Shown here in pieces: positions 1-9,791 of a stretch of 64,000 bases of DNA. Both the position numbers and the translations under genes were made by a program. The first letter of the stretch is position 1; each line of letters begins with the position of its first letter. The stretch comes from a virus. The stretch is taken from positions 55,557 through 119,556 of the IMG/VR virus record IMGVR_UViG_3300042884_000193, one strand, 5' to 3'. The notes under the pieces were generated by a model. The model was given only the letters and a program-made list of their open reading frames with translations, searched no databases and was not told where the DNA came from.

Positions 1-2299
1 TTTGTAATGCTGCAATTAGTCCACTATTATAAGCATTTAAAGAAGCAGTGCCTTCTACAGATTCTTTTTTCTTACCTGCTATATGAACAACAATTGCTTC
101 AGCGATACCCGTTAAACATGCTACAATAAATGCTAAGTCAGTAAGTAACTTATGTCTAGGATGTCCAGGAACAGGTCTAAACTTACCCCTTACATTATAA
201 CCAAACTCATCAGAATTTTGAGATATCTCTGTATAGATTTTAAGTTCTGTTGGGGATAAGTAAGGATTTCTAAAGTTAGTTTCTGGTGAGTGAAATGTAA
301 AAAGATTTTGGCTATAAAATTTTATATCAGATGCTGATGTAGTTACACCAGGCCCATAAAAATAAATTTCATTAGTATCATTAACACCCCCATTAGTTTC
401 GTCATTAACAATAGCAGGATCTACATATAATGGATTAAAAGGATAGTTTTGAAATAAACCAATTGTAGTAGGCTCACTTGAGCCATCTACATCACTAACA
501 TTTTGTAACTTATAAGTACGCATGTTATTAATGATACCTTTTGCAAGTACTGTTTTATTACCTACACGAGTACCTCTTAATATTTCATAGCCTACAATAC
601 TAGGTATTATGTTACCATAATTATCTACAGGTGGTTTTATATTATCAAAAGTAACACCTAGCAATCTTATATATTGAGCTTTACCTAATGAGTCAGTTCT
701 AACATGTGTGTAGCTATCATTTATCACACCGTTAGCTGGTCCGTTAAATGTGTTAAGTAAATCGGCTGGCATCTTATGGTGTCGTATCGGCTTACCACAA
801 AGATCATAATCAAAACTATTAGTAGTTCCACCAATGTTTACTCCTGTATCAGGATCTGTATATGTAGCATTCCAGATATTGGGTTTATTATCTGGATAAA
901 TCTCAGATGATTCCCAGTAACCCATATCACCTTGAGCAATTACTACACCTCCATCAGGTAGTGTATAGTTAGTTGGTGTAAAGGTTGCTGTATTATATAC
1001 CTCCCATCTTTTAGGTATATAGGGCTCCATAGGATCCCCAGCTTCAATAGCATCAATATTATTTACAACAAAGTCTTGTCCTGTTGCAATATTATATTCT
1101 ATAAAAGGCTTACGCGCGCGACCCGGTATATGATAAGATGAACTTGTCTCGCCCGTATCATACACCCACCTAATCCAAAAAGCATATTGCTCATCACGCA
1201 TATATCCAACATTGGTTCCTGCTTTTTCATAGTAGGTATGTGGGTACTCGGTCATTACCCACTGTGTTGAAATCTGATTTGCTAAAGGTTGATAGTTGAA
1301 ATCAAATCTTCCTGTAGGTGCAATTCTAAATAAATACTCAGAGCTTGCTGCCATTGTATCTGATTTCTCATAAGGAAAGTTTCTATATGGTATTAGGGCC
1401 AATGGTATAGAGGGTAAAGACTCCTCTAAATTATCTATTGACACATATTTTGTACGAGTACTATAAGTACCAAATCTTTTAGCTGAACTATTAGCAGCCA
1501 CCATCCTAACTACAACAAGTTCAAACTCATCATAGTTATCTTGATCTAAGTTACTAAAGGTAATATCTAAAGATCCTTGTAAGTTATCGTGATTAAATAC
1601 AGCAACAACATTACTTGGAGAAAAATAATCAGTAGCCTTTACTCCATTTATAGTATATGCGATTACAACAAAGTAAGATCCATTAAGTAATGTCCCTCCA
1701 GTTGTTCCAATATCCATTGACATACAAGGTGAATGCGCATGTGATATAAGTCTTATTGCATCACAGTCTAATTGATTTGTAGGTGTGCATATAATACAAC
1801 TATCAATAGTAGTACAGTTTTGGATATACGGAACATTATCTACATTTAAAGATCTATCAGGATTTAATCCGTCTGCCCAGTATAATTGCCAGCTGCAATC
1901 AAAATTAAGTTTAGCAGCTCCAGTAATAAGATTACTTTGACTAAAACTTAAGCAATCATCATTAACAACTTTTATATAAGCATCAGTATCTCCACATTTT
2001 GCAGTATCAAAAAGACCAACCTCAGAATGAATATTATCTGTAGAGAAAATACCCCAAGTGGTATCGTGCATATATACAGCACCAATAACAGTATAAGGAG
2101 CAGAAGCACATAACAAGGTAGCCTGCTCAGTACTCAAGGTACCTAACTGTCCCTCATTTGTATTGTTTACAGCATTACGCGCATGTGACCACGCCCCTTC
2201 GGGAAAGAACACTTCATCATAGTCTTTAGTAAGACCTTTATTAAATGTACTTGTATTAACTTCTGATCCTGCATTTGAAGGGCCTTCTTTCTTTGCCAT
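1..2299 (-). CDS. Tail stabilisation/muzzle protein (crAss-like), truncated at window edge
   Basis: Not in the ORF track. ATG at 2299 gives MAKKEGPSNAGSEVNTSTFNKGLTKDYDEVFFPEGAWSHARNAVN...; the same frame includes GYMRDEQYAFWIRWVYDTGETSSSYHIPGR and is still open at position 2. It follows the ring-protein genes, as in Crassvirales. Confidence 0.8.
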   Translation of the reverse strand, partial: MAKKEGPSNAGSEVNTSTFNKGLTKDYDEVFFPEGAWSHARNAVNNTNEGQLGTLSTEQATLLCASAPYTVIGAVYMHDTTWGIFSTDNIHSEVGLFDTAKCGDTDAYIKVVNDDCLSFSQSNLITGAAKLNFDCSWQLYWADGLNPDRSLNVDNVPYIQNCTTIDSCIICTPTNQLDCDAIRLISHAHSPCMSMDIGTTGGTLLNGSYFVVIAYTINGVKATDYFSPSNVVAVFNHDNLQGSLDITFSNLDQDNYDEFELVVVRMVAANSSAKRFGTYSTRTKYVSIDNLEESLPSIPLALIPYRNFPYEKSDTMAASSEYLFRIAPTGRFDFNYQPLANQISTQWVMTEYPHTYYEKAGTNVGYMRDEQYAFWIRWVYDTGETSSSYHIPGRARKPFIEYNIATGQDFVVNNIDAIEAGDPMEPYIPKRWEVYNTATFTPTNYTLPDGGVVIAQGDMGYWESSEIYPDNKPNIWNATYTDPDTGVNIGGTTNSFDYDLCGKPIRHHKMPADLLNTFNGPANGVINDSYTHVRTDSLGKAQYIRLLGVTFDNIKPPVDNYGNIIPSIVGYEILRGTRVGNKTVLAKGIINNMRTYKLQNVSDVDGSSEPTTIGLFQNYPFNPLYVDPAIVNDETNGGVNDTNEIYFYGPGVTTSASDIKFYSQNLFTFHSPETNFRNPYLSPTELKIYTEISQNSDEFGYNVRGKFRPVPGHPRHKLLTDLAFIVACLTGIAEAIVVHIAGKKKESVEGTASLNAYNSGLIAALQ

Positions 2300-2301
2300 A
2301 C

Positions 2302-3204
2302 TTAAACTGCATTATTAATATTATAGTCAATCGGATAAAAATATGACTTGAACATGTCATAGTATTTACCATACATAGCCTTACGATTCATAGCCCAAAC
2401 TTTCTGCATCTCAGAGAAGTTAGGAGTATTAACTACCGATAGTGCATTATTACGCGCAGCTCTAAATTCAGTAGCAATTAGTTGATACTGAACTGTCACA
2501 TTTTCTCCCATAAGAAGTAATGTCTCATAGATTTTCTTTTTAAGGGCATACTCGTAGTACTCATTTAAAAAAGGGTGATCTGGTACCATTAACTCTCCAT
2601 CCTCATTCTCCATATTTCCTTGATAGTTGATATAGATGTTACCCTCTTGGAAGCTTGTCCAAATAAAATTATCTTTTATGTAGGCGTCATCAGAAGAGTA
2701 CATCTGGAGATTAGGGCAATCACAGTCAATAAACTGAGAATTTTTAAACCTAATAGGAAACATAGATTTGTAATGACGTGTAGTTGTATTGACAACTTGA
2801 ATAAGCTGGTAATCATTTCCACATTTTGTTAGGCATACTGGTGTATTTGTAGTGTTTACTTGAGAACACAAGTTACCTTCAACCCAATCTCTATATTCAG
2901 GAACTACTTGTTGAATCTGAGTACCTTGAGGATTTACAATAGTACTCGTATACTCACCACAAATAAGAGCAAAGTTCATTACAAAGAAGTCATCAGGAAG
3001 TCTAACCTTTCCTTTAACAACTTCTAAAACTTTTTCTTTAGTGTGATATATACGTAGACCTAAATCATAGTTAGCTTTAATTGCAATTTTGACAAGCGTA
3101 GCAGGCTCAATTTTGTTCTCCAATGACGCAGTTGGAAGATCCACTCGGACATCTTCCAAAAGTTGCTCAAAAGTCCTATATTTAAGAGTGTAGTTATAGT
3201 TCAT
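2302..3204 (-). CDS. Tail tubular/ring protein
   Basis: 300 aa directly upstream of the muzzle gene; GNIYINYQG..EDGELMVPDHP motif typical of crAss-like tail tubular proteins. Confidence 0.7.
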   Translation of the reverse strand: MNYNYTLKYRTFEQLLEDVRVDLPTASLENKIEPATLVKIAIKANYDLGLRIYHTKEKVLEVVKGKVRLPDDFFVMNFALICGEYTSTIVNPQGTQIQQVVPEYRDWVEGNLCSQVNTTNTPVCLTKCGNDYQLIQVVNTTTRHYKSMFPIRFKNSQFIDCDCPNLQMYSSDDAYIKDNFIWTSFQEGNIYINYQGNMENEDGELMVPDHPFLNEYYEYALKKKIYETLLLMGENVTVQYQLIATEFRAARNNALSVVNTPNFSEMQKVWAMNRKAMYGKYYDMFKSYFYPIDYNINNAV

Positions 3205-3875
3205 GTTCTGATAATGTTTTGTTTGTCATCTTGAGCACTGTCCGCTGGCATTTGAGCTGTTGTAAAGAATCCTGATACAACCTGCTGCTCAATCTCCATA
3301 AATAGATATTCAGGTAATGCTAGTTGTTGATCTTGTCTTATAGAACATTCTGAATTTGCATCACAAGTAAATAAAGTAACATCATCTTCAAATATACCTT
3401 CAACCTTTGCAGCATCCCAATCTACATTAGGAAAATACAAATAACCATTGAGGTACCAAAAATACTTAGTCTTATTGTATCTAAATTTGGTAGTCTTAGT
3501 CATTGCTGTATATTGAGCAGGGTCTGTTTTATATACAAAGAATGACCCGTCAACAGAAGTCACACTCCTAAGCAATGGGCCATAGGTACCTTCCATAAGG
3601 TTAGGTAACTTTTCTCTAGTGCGTTTTATTATTACTCCGGACTGAACATCGCAGCATGCCTCAACCTTGTCTATCTCAATAAGCTCGACGCAAGGCAAAG
3701 TTTTAAATATACTGTTATACTTAAGCAGTTGATTCAGTGAATCTTGTCGCTTAAGATAAAATTTTGCAGCCTTTGTTATAAGACTGAATAAGAGTCTATC
3801 AGTAATAAAAGCATCTTGAGTAAGACCTTTTATTAATGAGCGGACCCTTGATATGCTTTCTCCTACTGTAGTCAT
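3201..3875 (-). CDS. Tail ring protein (putative)
   Basis: 224 aa in the tail block, with a 4-nt overlap with the next gene; YFWYLNGYLYF motif; synteny. Confidence 0.55.
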   Translation of the reverse strand: MTTVGESISRVRSLIKGLTQDAFITDRLLFSLITKAAKFYLKRQDSLNQLLKYNSIFKTLPCVELIEIDKVEACCDVQSGVIIKRTREKLPNLMEGTYGPLLRSVTSVDGSFFVYKTDPAQYTAMTKTTKFRYNKTKYFWYLNGYLYFPNVDWDAAKVEGIFEDDVTLFTCDANSECSIRQDQQLALPEYLFMEIEQQVVSGFFTTAQMPADSAQDDKQNIIRT

Positions 3876-3877
3876 AG

Positions 3878-4459
3878 TTAAAATTCAAATTCATTATATG
3901 TTGAAATATCTTGTTCTTTAAGCTCAGAGAAAACAAAAGGCTTTGTTCTATTTGATATTAAAGCTGATACATTATCGCGTCTGCCTATGGTTACATAGGT
4001 CTTCCAGTTATTCTTAAACTCAGCAGAAAAGGTTCTCTTAAACTGTCTAATTGGAGTAAACCCCCACATAGAATAGTCTTTCATTGTACCCTTCTGCGTA
4101 TAGTTGGTATAAAATATTTTAGCCAATGCCCCATCTGACTCCCAATTCTTTCTTGCTACAGCTCCATCATCATTATGATAACTATAATAAGTCTTATAGT
4201 TATTACCATCATTGATGCAAGTAGCGCCAAATAACATTCCCAAATGCTCCGGAAGCTTAATACCATCTCGGGTAGTAATAACAGTTTTCCAGATCTCTTC
4301 AGAATGATGCATTATAATTTCTTTAAACTCCTTGTACTCAAGGTCTTTGTATTTAGGGAACTTGTTAATGAATTCTTTAAACATGTCTATGTTCAAAGTA
4401 GTTATAACATTCTTCCTAAATCTAGGTCCTTTTATATCAGGTCTTTGGTTATTACTCAT
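3878..4459 (-). CDS. IHF/HU-like conserved protein of the crAss tail block (putative)
   Basis: 193 aa; IWKTVITTRDGIKLPEHLGML resembles the HU/IHF beta-arm entry; position matches the IHF-like gene beside the tail genes. Confidence 0.45.
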   Translation of the reverse strand: MSNNQRPDIKGPRFRKNVITTLNIDMFKEFINKFPKYKDLEYKEFKEIIMHHSEEIWKTVITTRDGIKLPEHLGMLFGATCINDGNNYKTYYSYHNDDGAVARKNWESDGALAKIFYTNYTQKGTMKDYSMWGFTPIRQFKRTFSAEFKNNWKTYVTIGRRDNVSALISNRTKPFVFSELKEQDISTYNEFEF

Positions 4460-4536
4460 AACGTATACTACAATTTACAAAATTTCTTTCAGGTTTGAAA
4501 GATAATACATAATTGATTACTAGACAAGTAGTAGAA

Positions 4537-4562
4537 AGCCCCCAAGTTGTACTTGAGGGCCC
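4537..4562 (-). terminator. Hairpin downstream of the FN3 gene
   Basis: gcccccaagt-tgt-acttgagggc imperfect inverted repeat in an intergenic gap. Confidence 0.4.
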
Positions 4563-4597
4563 CCTGGTTTAGTCACGAATAAACCAACAAACGTAGA

Positions 4598-5143
4598 CTA
4601 TAATACAGGTAATGTCTTTATCATAATAAGCGCACTAATAGAAGTATCGCCATCACAATCTGTTCTCACTCTAAAATAATAGTTAGTATTAGAGTTTAAA
4701 AGAGTAAGTGTAAAAGTAGGAGTTGTTAAAGTAGGTGAGGTTGTATATACCCCTTCTACAGTTCCATAATCTACAGTATAACTTTCTGCTCCTGTATCTT
4801 CCCAATTAAGTATGATAGCTGTTGTACCTACATAACTAGGATGTATATTGATTGGAGGAAGACAGTTAGGATCAACACTTTGTGCTGACATTGCTTGGTA
4901 AGCATTTTCTAGTGAAGCTCCTGCAGGTAATGCTGGGTAAGAGTCACCACCTGCTAATAATTCTCCAAAGTTAATGATGCTATAGTTACCATGTTTTACA
5001 CAAGTGTCTTGGATAGTCTCATAGCACGGAGTTGGATCCGGGCATTTAATATCAGGAGGACATGTATATACAGGTGCAGTTGTAAGGGGGAGATCCTTAC
5101 AACCGCATGATGTATTTGTAGATTGACAAGTTGAACAAGCCAT
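4598..5143 (-). CDS. Cys-rich virion protein with C-terminal fibronectin type III domain
   Basis: C-terminus PPINI...IILNW...YTVDY...LNSNTNYYFRVRTDC follows the FN3 pattern; N-terminus is Cys-rich. Confidence 0.65.
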   Translation of the reverse strand: MACSTCQSTNTSCGCKDLPLTTAPVYTCPPDIKCPDPTPCYETIQDTCVKHGNYSIINFGELLAGGDSYPALPAGASLENAYQAMSAQSVDPNCLPPINIHPSYVGTTAIILNWEDTGAESYTVDYGTVEGVYTTSPTLTTPTFTLTLLNSNTNYYFRVRTDCDGDTSISALIMIKTLPVL

Positions 5144-5148
5144 TTTAG

Positions 5149-6651
5149 TTAGGGTTTAGTAGTTACTGAGGTAAATGGACAATCTGTAATTGTTGATCCA
5201 ATAATTACTCTCATGCGAATTTGATAATTAGTAGCTGCTACAAGACCTGTTATTTGTCCAAGTACAGGACCTACTGCAGGATTTATAGAAGATACTGTGG
5301 TTACAATTGCAGTTTGAGCTGAATTCCAACACTCAAGCATGTACGTAACAGGACTTGATAATGGATTAGCAAACACATAATCAATATAAGTAACGTCTGC
5401 AGAGTAAGTTACAGATGGACAAAGTGCACTATTCACAATTGAATAATTTAAAGATTGGCTACACTTTAAACCAGCTATTGTATCATCCATACATAAGTTA
5501 AGACTTACGGTATAGTCAGTATAAGCATTTAAAGATGTTGCGGTTATATTAATTGGAACAGGTGCTCCATTAATATTAGATGCAACATTAATTTGTGTAG
5601 TATAGGCATTACCATATGCATCGGTTATTGTTATGTAACAACCTGCTGCATAGCAATCTGTAAATGATCCAATAGAACCAGTTAGATCAACAAGGATACT
5701 TGGTGATGTGTAAGATGCTGTCATAGTTACATCAACATCATCGCAGCTTGGTGTGCAGCATGTAGTAACTACATTGTATACTGCATTACGCATATCACAA
5801 ATAGTAATCCACATATTGTTGATTGCATCTGCCATAGTGTTATAACTACCTGCCAATACCCATCCTGGCAAACTACCCATGTTAACGGATGTGTTAGTTA
5901 GGGAAGGTGATGTATCTAAGTTTATACACTCTTGTGAAATGGCTGAATAAATCTGAGAAGGTGTACCTGTAGAGTTTTGAAGAGCACAGAATGTAGTCTC
6001 AAGGTTCTCTACAAAATCACTAATATCAATATTAGTTCCAGCAGTTAAACAACTAGTAGGAATTGTAATAGGGGGGTATACGGGATTACAAGGATCACAA
6101 GCTTCAATTATTATCAATCTATCATTGATATCTGTTACTGTATTTGTTAGGGCCGTTAAGCTGCTTGCAATAGAGCAAACTCTTGATCCAATTGCTGCAG
6201 CATAATCTGCAATAGACATTTCTACAACAAGATTACCAAATCCATCAGTATATTGAAAACAAGAAGCAATTGGAACTAAACAGCTCATTGATTCTTGACA
6301 ATTGGTTACAGGAACTTCTCCAGGAACTAAAGATTTACTTGTACCTGTAGTAGTGGATGTTCCTGTTGTAAGTGCACAAAGTTGATCTAAGATAAACTGA
6401 ATAAGATCATGAATATTCTCAGGCTTTGGACAAATAGGTGAGAAACACGTTAAGTCAAAACCAGGATTGGTAAGACTTAGTTGCTCAGCTAATGTGCATA
6501 TCTCTATTGCTACCTTATAAGTAACATCAGAAATACTATCTCCTCTGCATAATGTAATGCATGGAATATCCGGTCCCTGCCAGATTACGCAGTTACTTGA
6601 AACAGGATTACATCCTGCTTGAGTATTAGTTGGTTGAATAGGAAGTGCCAT
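5149..6651 (-). CDS. Cys-rich structural (tail fibre/adaptor) protein with C-terminal FN3-like domain
   Basis: 500 aa with many Cys, a coiled-coil stretch and C-terminal GLVAATNYQIRMR; lies in the tail module. Confidence 0.55.
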   Translation of the reverse strand: MALPIQPTNTQAGCNPVSSNCVIWQGPDIPCITLCRGDSISDVTYKVAIEICTLAEQLSLTNPGFDLTCFSPICPKPENIHDLIQFILDQLCALTTGTSTTTGTSKSLVPGEVPVTNCQESMSCLVPIASCFQYTDGFGNLVVEMSIADYAAAIGSRVCSIASSLTALTNTVTDINDRLIIIEACDPCNPVYPPITIPTSCLTAGTNIDISDFVENLETTFCALQNSTGTPSQIYSAISQECINLDTSPSLTNTSVNMGSLPGWVLAGSYNTMADAINNMWITICDMRNAVYNVVTTCCTPSCDDVDVTMTASYTSPSILVDLTGSIGSFTDCYAAGCYITITDAYGNAYTTQINVASNINGAPVPINITATSLNAYTDYTVSLNLCMDDTIAGLKCSQSLNYSIVNSALCPSVTYSADVTYIDYVFANPLSSPVTYMLECWNSAQTAIVTTVSSINPAVGPVLGQITGLVAATNYQIRMRVIIGSTITDCPFTSVTTKP

Positions 6652-6688
6652 ATATATAATTTACTGTTTTTTTATCTATTATCAAAAT

Positions 6689-8986
6689 TTATCCTCCGCA
6701 TAATAAGCATGGCAAAACACCATCTTCTAAAACTATACTTGTAATATTTGCTGAGGTCATAGTATATGTTTGAAAAGTAGGATCGGAACCAGCAACTATT
6801 GTAAATCCAATTGCCCATAAACAATTACCATTATAATTAAATACGTATGCAGAAAAAGGATCCAGGCTATCTAAAATATTATAATCAAGTACCAGATTAA
6901 ATTGAGGACAAAGATTAGCACCTCCGCTAGGGGCACTCCCATCAAGACACTGTGTGCAACCAAAAGTACCTGGATCAACTCCATACGCTCCTACTGTAAA
7001 TGTATAAGTTATAGGTGGAGGTGGTGGTATAAAAGGATTACCTGAAGGTTCTGGACAAATAACTGGAACAACAGGTGTTGTTATTATACAGGCTGTAGGA
7101 TCATTGATAACAGCTAAGTCTGATAAATTCTTTTTAATCCATAATCTTTCTAGGTTAATACCATCGCATTGATTACTTATACCATACTTTAACTCTTTAA
7201 ACAGTCTGTAGTAACCATCTGCAAATCTTATGTTAGCCGTTATATCACACTGACTCTGCTGGATCTGATAAAACTTTCTATCAGGCTTAGGAATAACTCT
7301 TGTATACTTTATAGGAGCTGGATCTGGTGCTGGAAGACAGCACTCACAGTCTTTAAATATTTGAAGAACTCCTTCCTCATCTACGTATATAGTAAGATTA
7401 CTAATTGCTTGATCATCAAAAGGAATTTCTGCTACTTTCCAACAACTTCTTGGATCTGTATCTTGTGTTATTTTAACAACCTGCTCAAGTTCTGCAGGTT
7501 CTGCAAACTGAGAATTATAAGTATAAAGAATATCTAAAGGATCTAAACAATTAGTCAACTCATAAACAGGAGGTGGGCCAGGTAATTGACTTGCACAATC
7601 TGGACAAGTTCCAAAATTATTTAGTATTGTTATTGCTTGAGGTGAATCACCTGATTGTTCTACTACTAACCAACAAGTATTCGGATAACCTGCAATATAA
7701 AGAACTTGGCCTACGTATCCTGATATACCTGGTGTTAAAGCTACCGTTGTGTATTGTGTTTGCTCTAGTGCTATACAGTCCCTTATAGCATAAATAGTCG
7801 GAGGTGGATCACATGCTGCGCAGTTTGCAACCGAGATAATATTAGAATATACCACATGTATTGTATTACTACAATCCTCTGATTCTGTTACATAAAAACA
7901 AGAACCATCAATATTAACAAAACCGTCAAGGTAAGATGAGAATTCAGTATTAGATGCAATTAAAATATCACCTGTTTGACCACAGGGTGTTAATACATAA
8001 CAAGTTACATCAGCTACAGAACTTGTCATTGCAAGTACTGACTTCTGGTATGTGTCAGATACAGATGCCGTAAATGTAGTTAAATTAACTTGTTCTAATC
8101 TATAGATGGTTTCATCAGCGTCACTGTTAAAAAATCCAACTGGGGCACCACTTGTAGTAAATCCTTGAAAAAGGGTTGATCCTGATTTAGAGTCAATTGT
8201 TGTAGGGGGTATCATACCTACTGTATTTATCCAACTAGCACCTGCATTGTAAGAATACAATACATTACCATTACCTGCAGAAGCAATTAAAATATTATCA
8301 CTTGACCAAGCTAGATTAGTATACTTAGGTGATTTGCCCATAGCAGCAACGGTTGTACCAAAGTACTGGACCATAGTAAAACCTAATCCACCATCTGTTG
8401 ATCTAAATATTTTTCTTTTTGTAGTTACTATAATAGTAGATGCATCTGCTGATAAATGCAGACTTGTTATATAGTCATTAGGAAAAGCAGAGTCTATAAC
8501 ATTACCGGTATATAACGGTAACCATGACACACCGCCATCAATTGTCTTATATAATTTAGATTCTTGAGATGCAATACCAACTAAATCATTTATAAAATGA
8601 ATAGCAAGGCATTGAAGGCCAATTACTGCAGTAAAACTATTTAAGCGATTAAATGATACACCACCATCTGTAGATTTTGCTACACCGCCCATACCCGCTG
8701 TATAGATGATACTATTATTATTGGTATAACTTATTCGATAAATAGTTGGTGTATATGCGCTCCAGTTACCTGTACAAGTTACAAGAGTAGTACCACTATC
8801 AACTGACCTAGACAGATAGCCTAATCCTCCTAATATAATTTCATTAGGATTAGTGGGATCAGCTTTTACATCATAGAATGCAGGTGAACCACTAATAGAT
8901 TTATCGGTCCATATGCTTGTAGCATGATCATAGACTTTTAGTTTTCCCTCATCACCACAATAATATGTTTTACCTATAATGGGCAT
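6689..8986 (-). CDS. Tail protein with BNR/Asp-box beta-propeller and Cys-rich C-terminal half
   Basis: Repeated Asp-boxes SVDSGTT, STDGGVSF, TIDGGVSW, STDGGLGF, SYNAGASW, followed by CxxC-rich modules. Confidence 0.65.
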   Translation of the reverse strand: MPIIGKTYYCGDEGKLKVYDHATSIWTDKSISGSPAFYDVKADPTNPNEIILGGLGYLSRSVDSGTTLVTCTGNWSAYTPTIYRISYTNNNSIIYTAGMGGVAKSTDGGVSFNRLNSFTAVIGLQCLAIHFINDLVGIASQESKLYKTIDGGVSWLPLYTGNVIDSAFPNDYITSLHLSADASTIIVTTKRKIFRSTDGGLGFTMVQYFGTTVAAMGKSPKYTNLAWSSDNILIASAGNGNVLYSYNAGASWINTVGMIPPTTIDSKSGSTLFQGFTTSGAPVGFFNSDADETIYRLEQVNLTTFTASVSDTYQKSVLAMTSSVADVTCYVLTPCGQTGDILIASNTEFSSYLDGFVNIDGSCFYVTESEDCSNTIHVVYSNIISVANCAACDPPPTIYAIRDCIALEQTQYTTVALTPGISGYVGQVLYIAGYPNTCWLVVEQSGDSPQAITILNNFGTCPDCASQLPGPPPVYELTNCLDPLDILYTYNSQFAEPAELEQVVKITQDTDPRSCWKVAEIPFDDQAISNLTIYVDEEGVLQIFKDCECCLPAPDPAPIKYTRVIPKPDRKFYQIQQSQCDITANIRFADGYYRLFKELKYGISNQCDGINLERLWIKKNLSDLAVINDPTACIITTPVVPVICPEPSGNPFIPPPPPITYTFTVGAYGVDPGTFGCTQCLDGSAPSGGANLCPQFNLVLDYNILDSLDPFSAYVFNYNGNCLWAIGFTIVAGSDPTFQTYTMTSANITSIVLEDGVLPCLLCGG

Positions 8987-8994
8987 ATCTTAAT

Positions 8995-9129
8995 TTATTT
9001 AGGTGTATCAATAGTTTTAGCAACAGGTTTTGGTTTGTGTATACAATGTGTACACATTTGTTTACCGTCTTTAGTTGTTCTCTTTTGGCAGCCACAACTC
9101 AGGGCTGTTCCACAATTTGCGCATTTCAT
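8995..9129 (-). CDS. 44-aa Cys-rich metal-binding peptide
   Basis: Not in the ORF track. MKCANCGTALSCGCQKRTTKDGKQMCTHCIHKPKPVAKTIDTPK fills the gap between two tail genes. Confidence 0.7.
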   Translation of the reverse strand: MKCANCGTALSCGCQKRTTKDGKQMCTHCIHKPKPVAKTIDTPK

Positions 9130-9146
9130 GATATGTTGGTTTTAAA

Positions 9147-9704
9147 TTATTTACACGTTCCACACCCACATCCACAAGCTAACTTAGTAAGTTTACCTAA
9201 CACATAAGTGTACATTGCCATACCTTCTGTAGGGTTATGACAATACTCTACACGTGCTTTAGCAGCTTGTAACATGGTCCAGAGAAGTTGTACTTCTCTT
9301 AATTTATTTGCTAGAGGTGATAGGGGTTCACAATTAGGAACATCTAGACAACAAAGCAAATCATTTATCTGGTTTAATGCCTGAGTAATACGTAAGTGGT
9401 TATACTCAACATAAACAGTCTCATTAGGAGCAACACTGTATCTAACAACATATACACCATCAGGAATTGCATTACGTGTAGTTCCACAGTTAGTTAATTG
9501 TAAACCTAACTCACATGCTGTATAGTTTACAGAGAAGTCTGTACCTGGTTGCAATTCAATTGCAGTGGTAAATCCAGGAGCTGTAATCTCAAGCTTAGGA
9601 CAATCCAAAGGTACAGTATCATTGTAAGTACTAGTATCTATAACTCTAAAGATACAGTTAGTAAGAACATCAGGAATTTCTATTGAGAGTGCGTGTTGTG
9701 CCAT
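9147..9704 (-). CDS. Tail hub-like structural protein (putative)
   Basis: 185 aa; IPDGVYVVRYSV motif; follows the auxiliary capsid gene as in crAss-like phages. Confidence 0.5.
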   Translation of the reverse strand: MAQHALSIEIPDVLTNCIFRVIDTSTYNDTVPLDCPKLEITAPGFTTAIELQPGTDFSVNYTACELGLQLTNCGTTRNAIPDGVYVVRYSVAPNETVYVEYNHLRITQALNQINDLLCCLDVPNCEPLSPLANKLREVQLLWTMLQAAKARVEYCHNPTEGMAMYTYVLGKLTKLACGCGCGTCK

Positions 9705-9736
9705 AGTACTAAGTTACAAAGATATAGTGTAAAAAT

Positions 9737-9774
9737 AAAAAAGGGAGAGAGTTTTTTTTGCTCCCTCCCTTTTT
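9737..9774 (-). terminator. Rho-independent terminator (possibly bidirectional)
   Basis: aaaaaagggag...ctcccttttt just downstream of the 522-aa gene. Confidence 0.7.
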
Positions 9775-9791
9775 ATAAGTTTTAGTTAAGA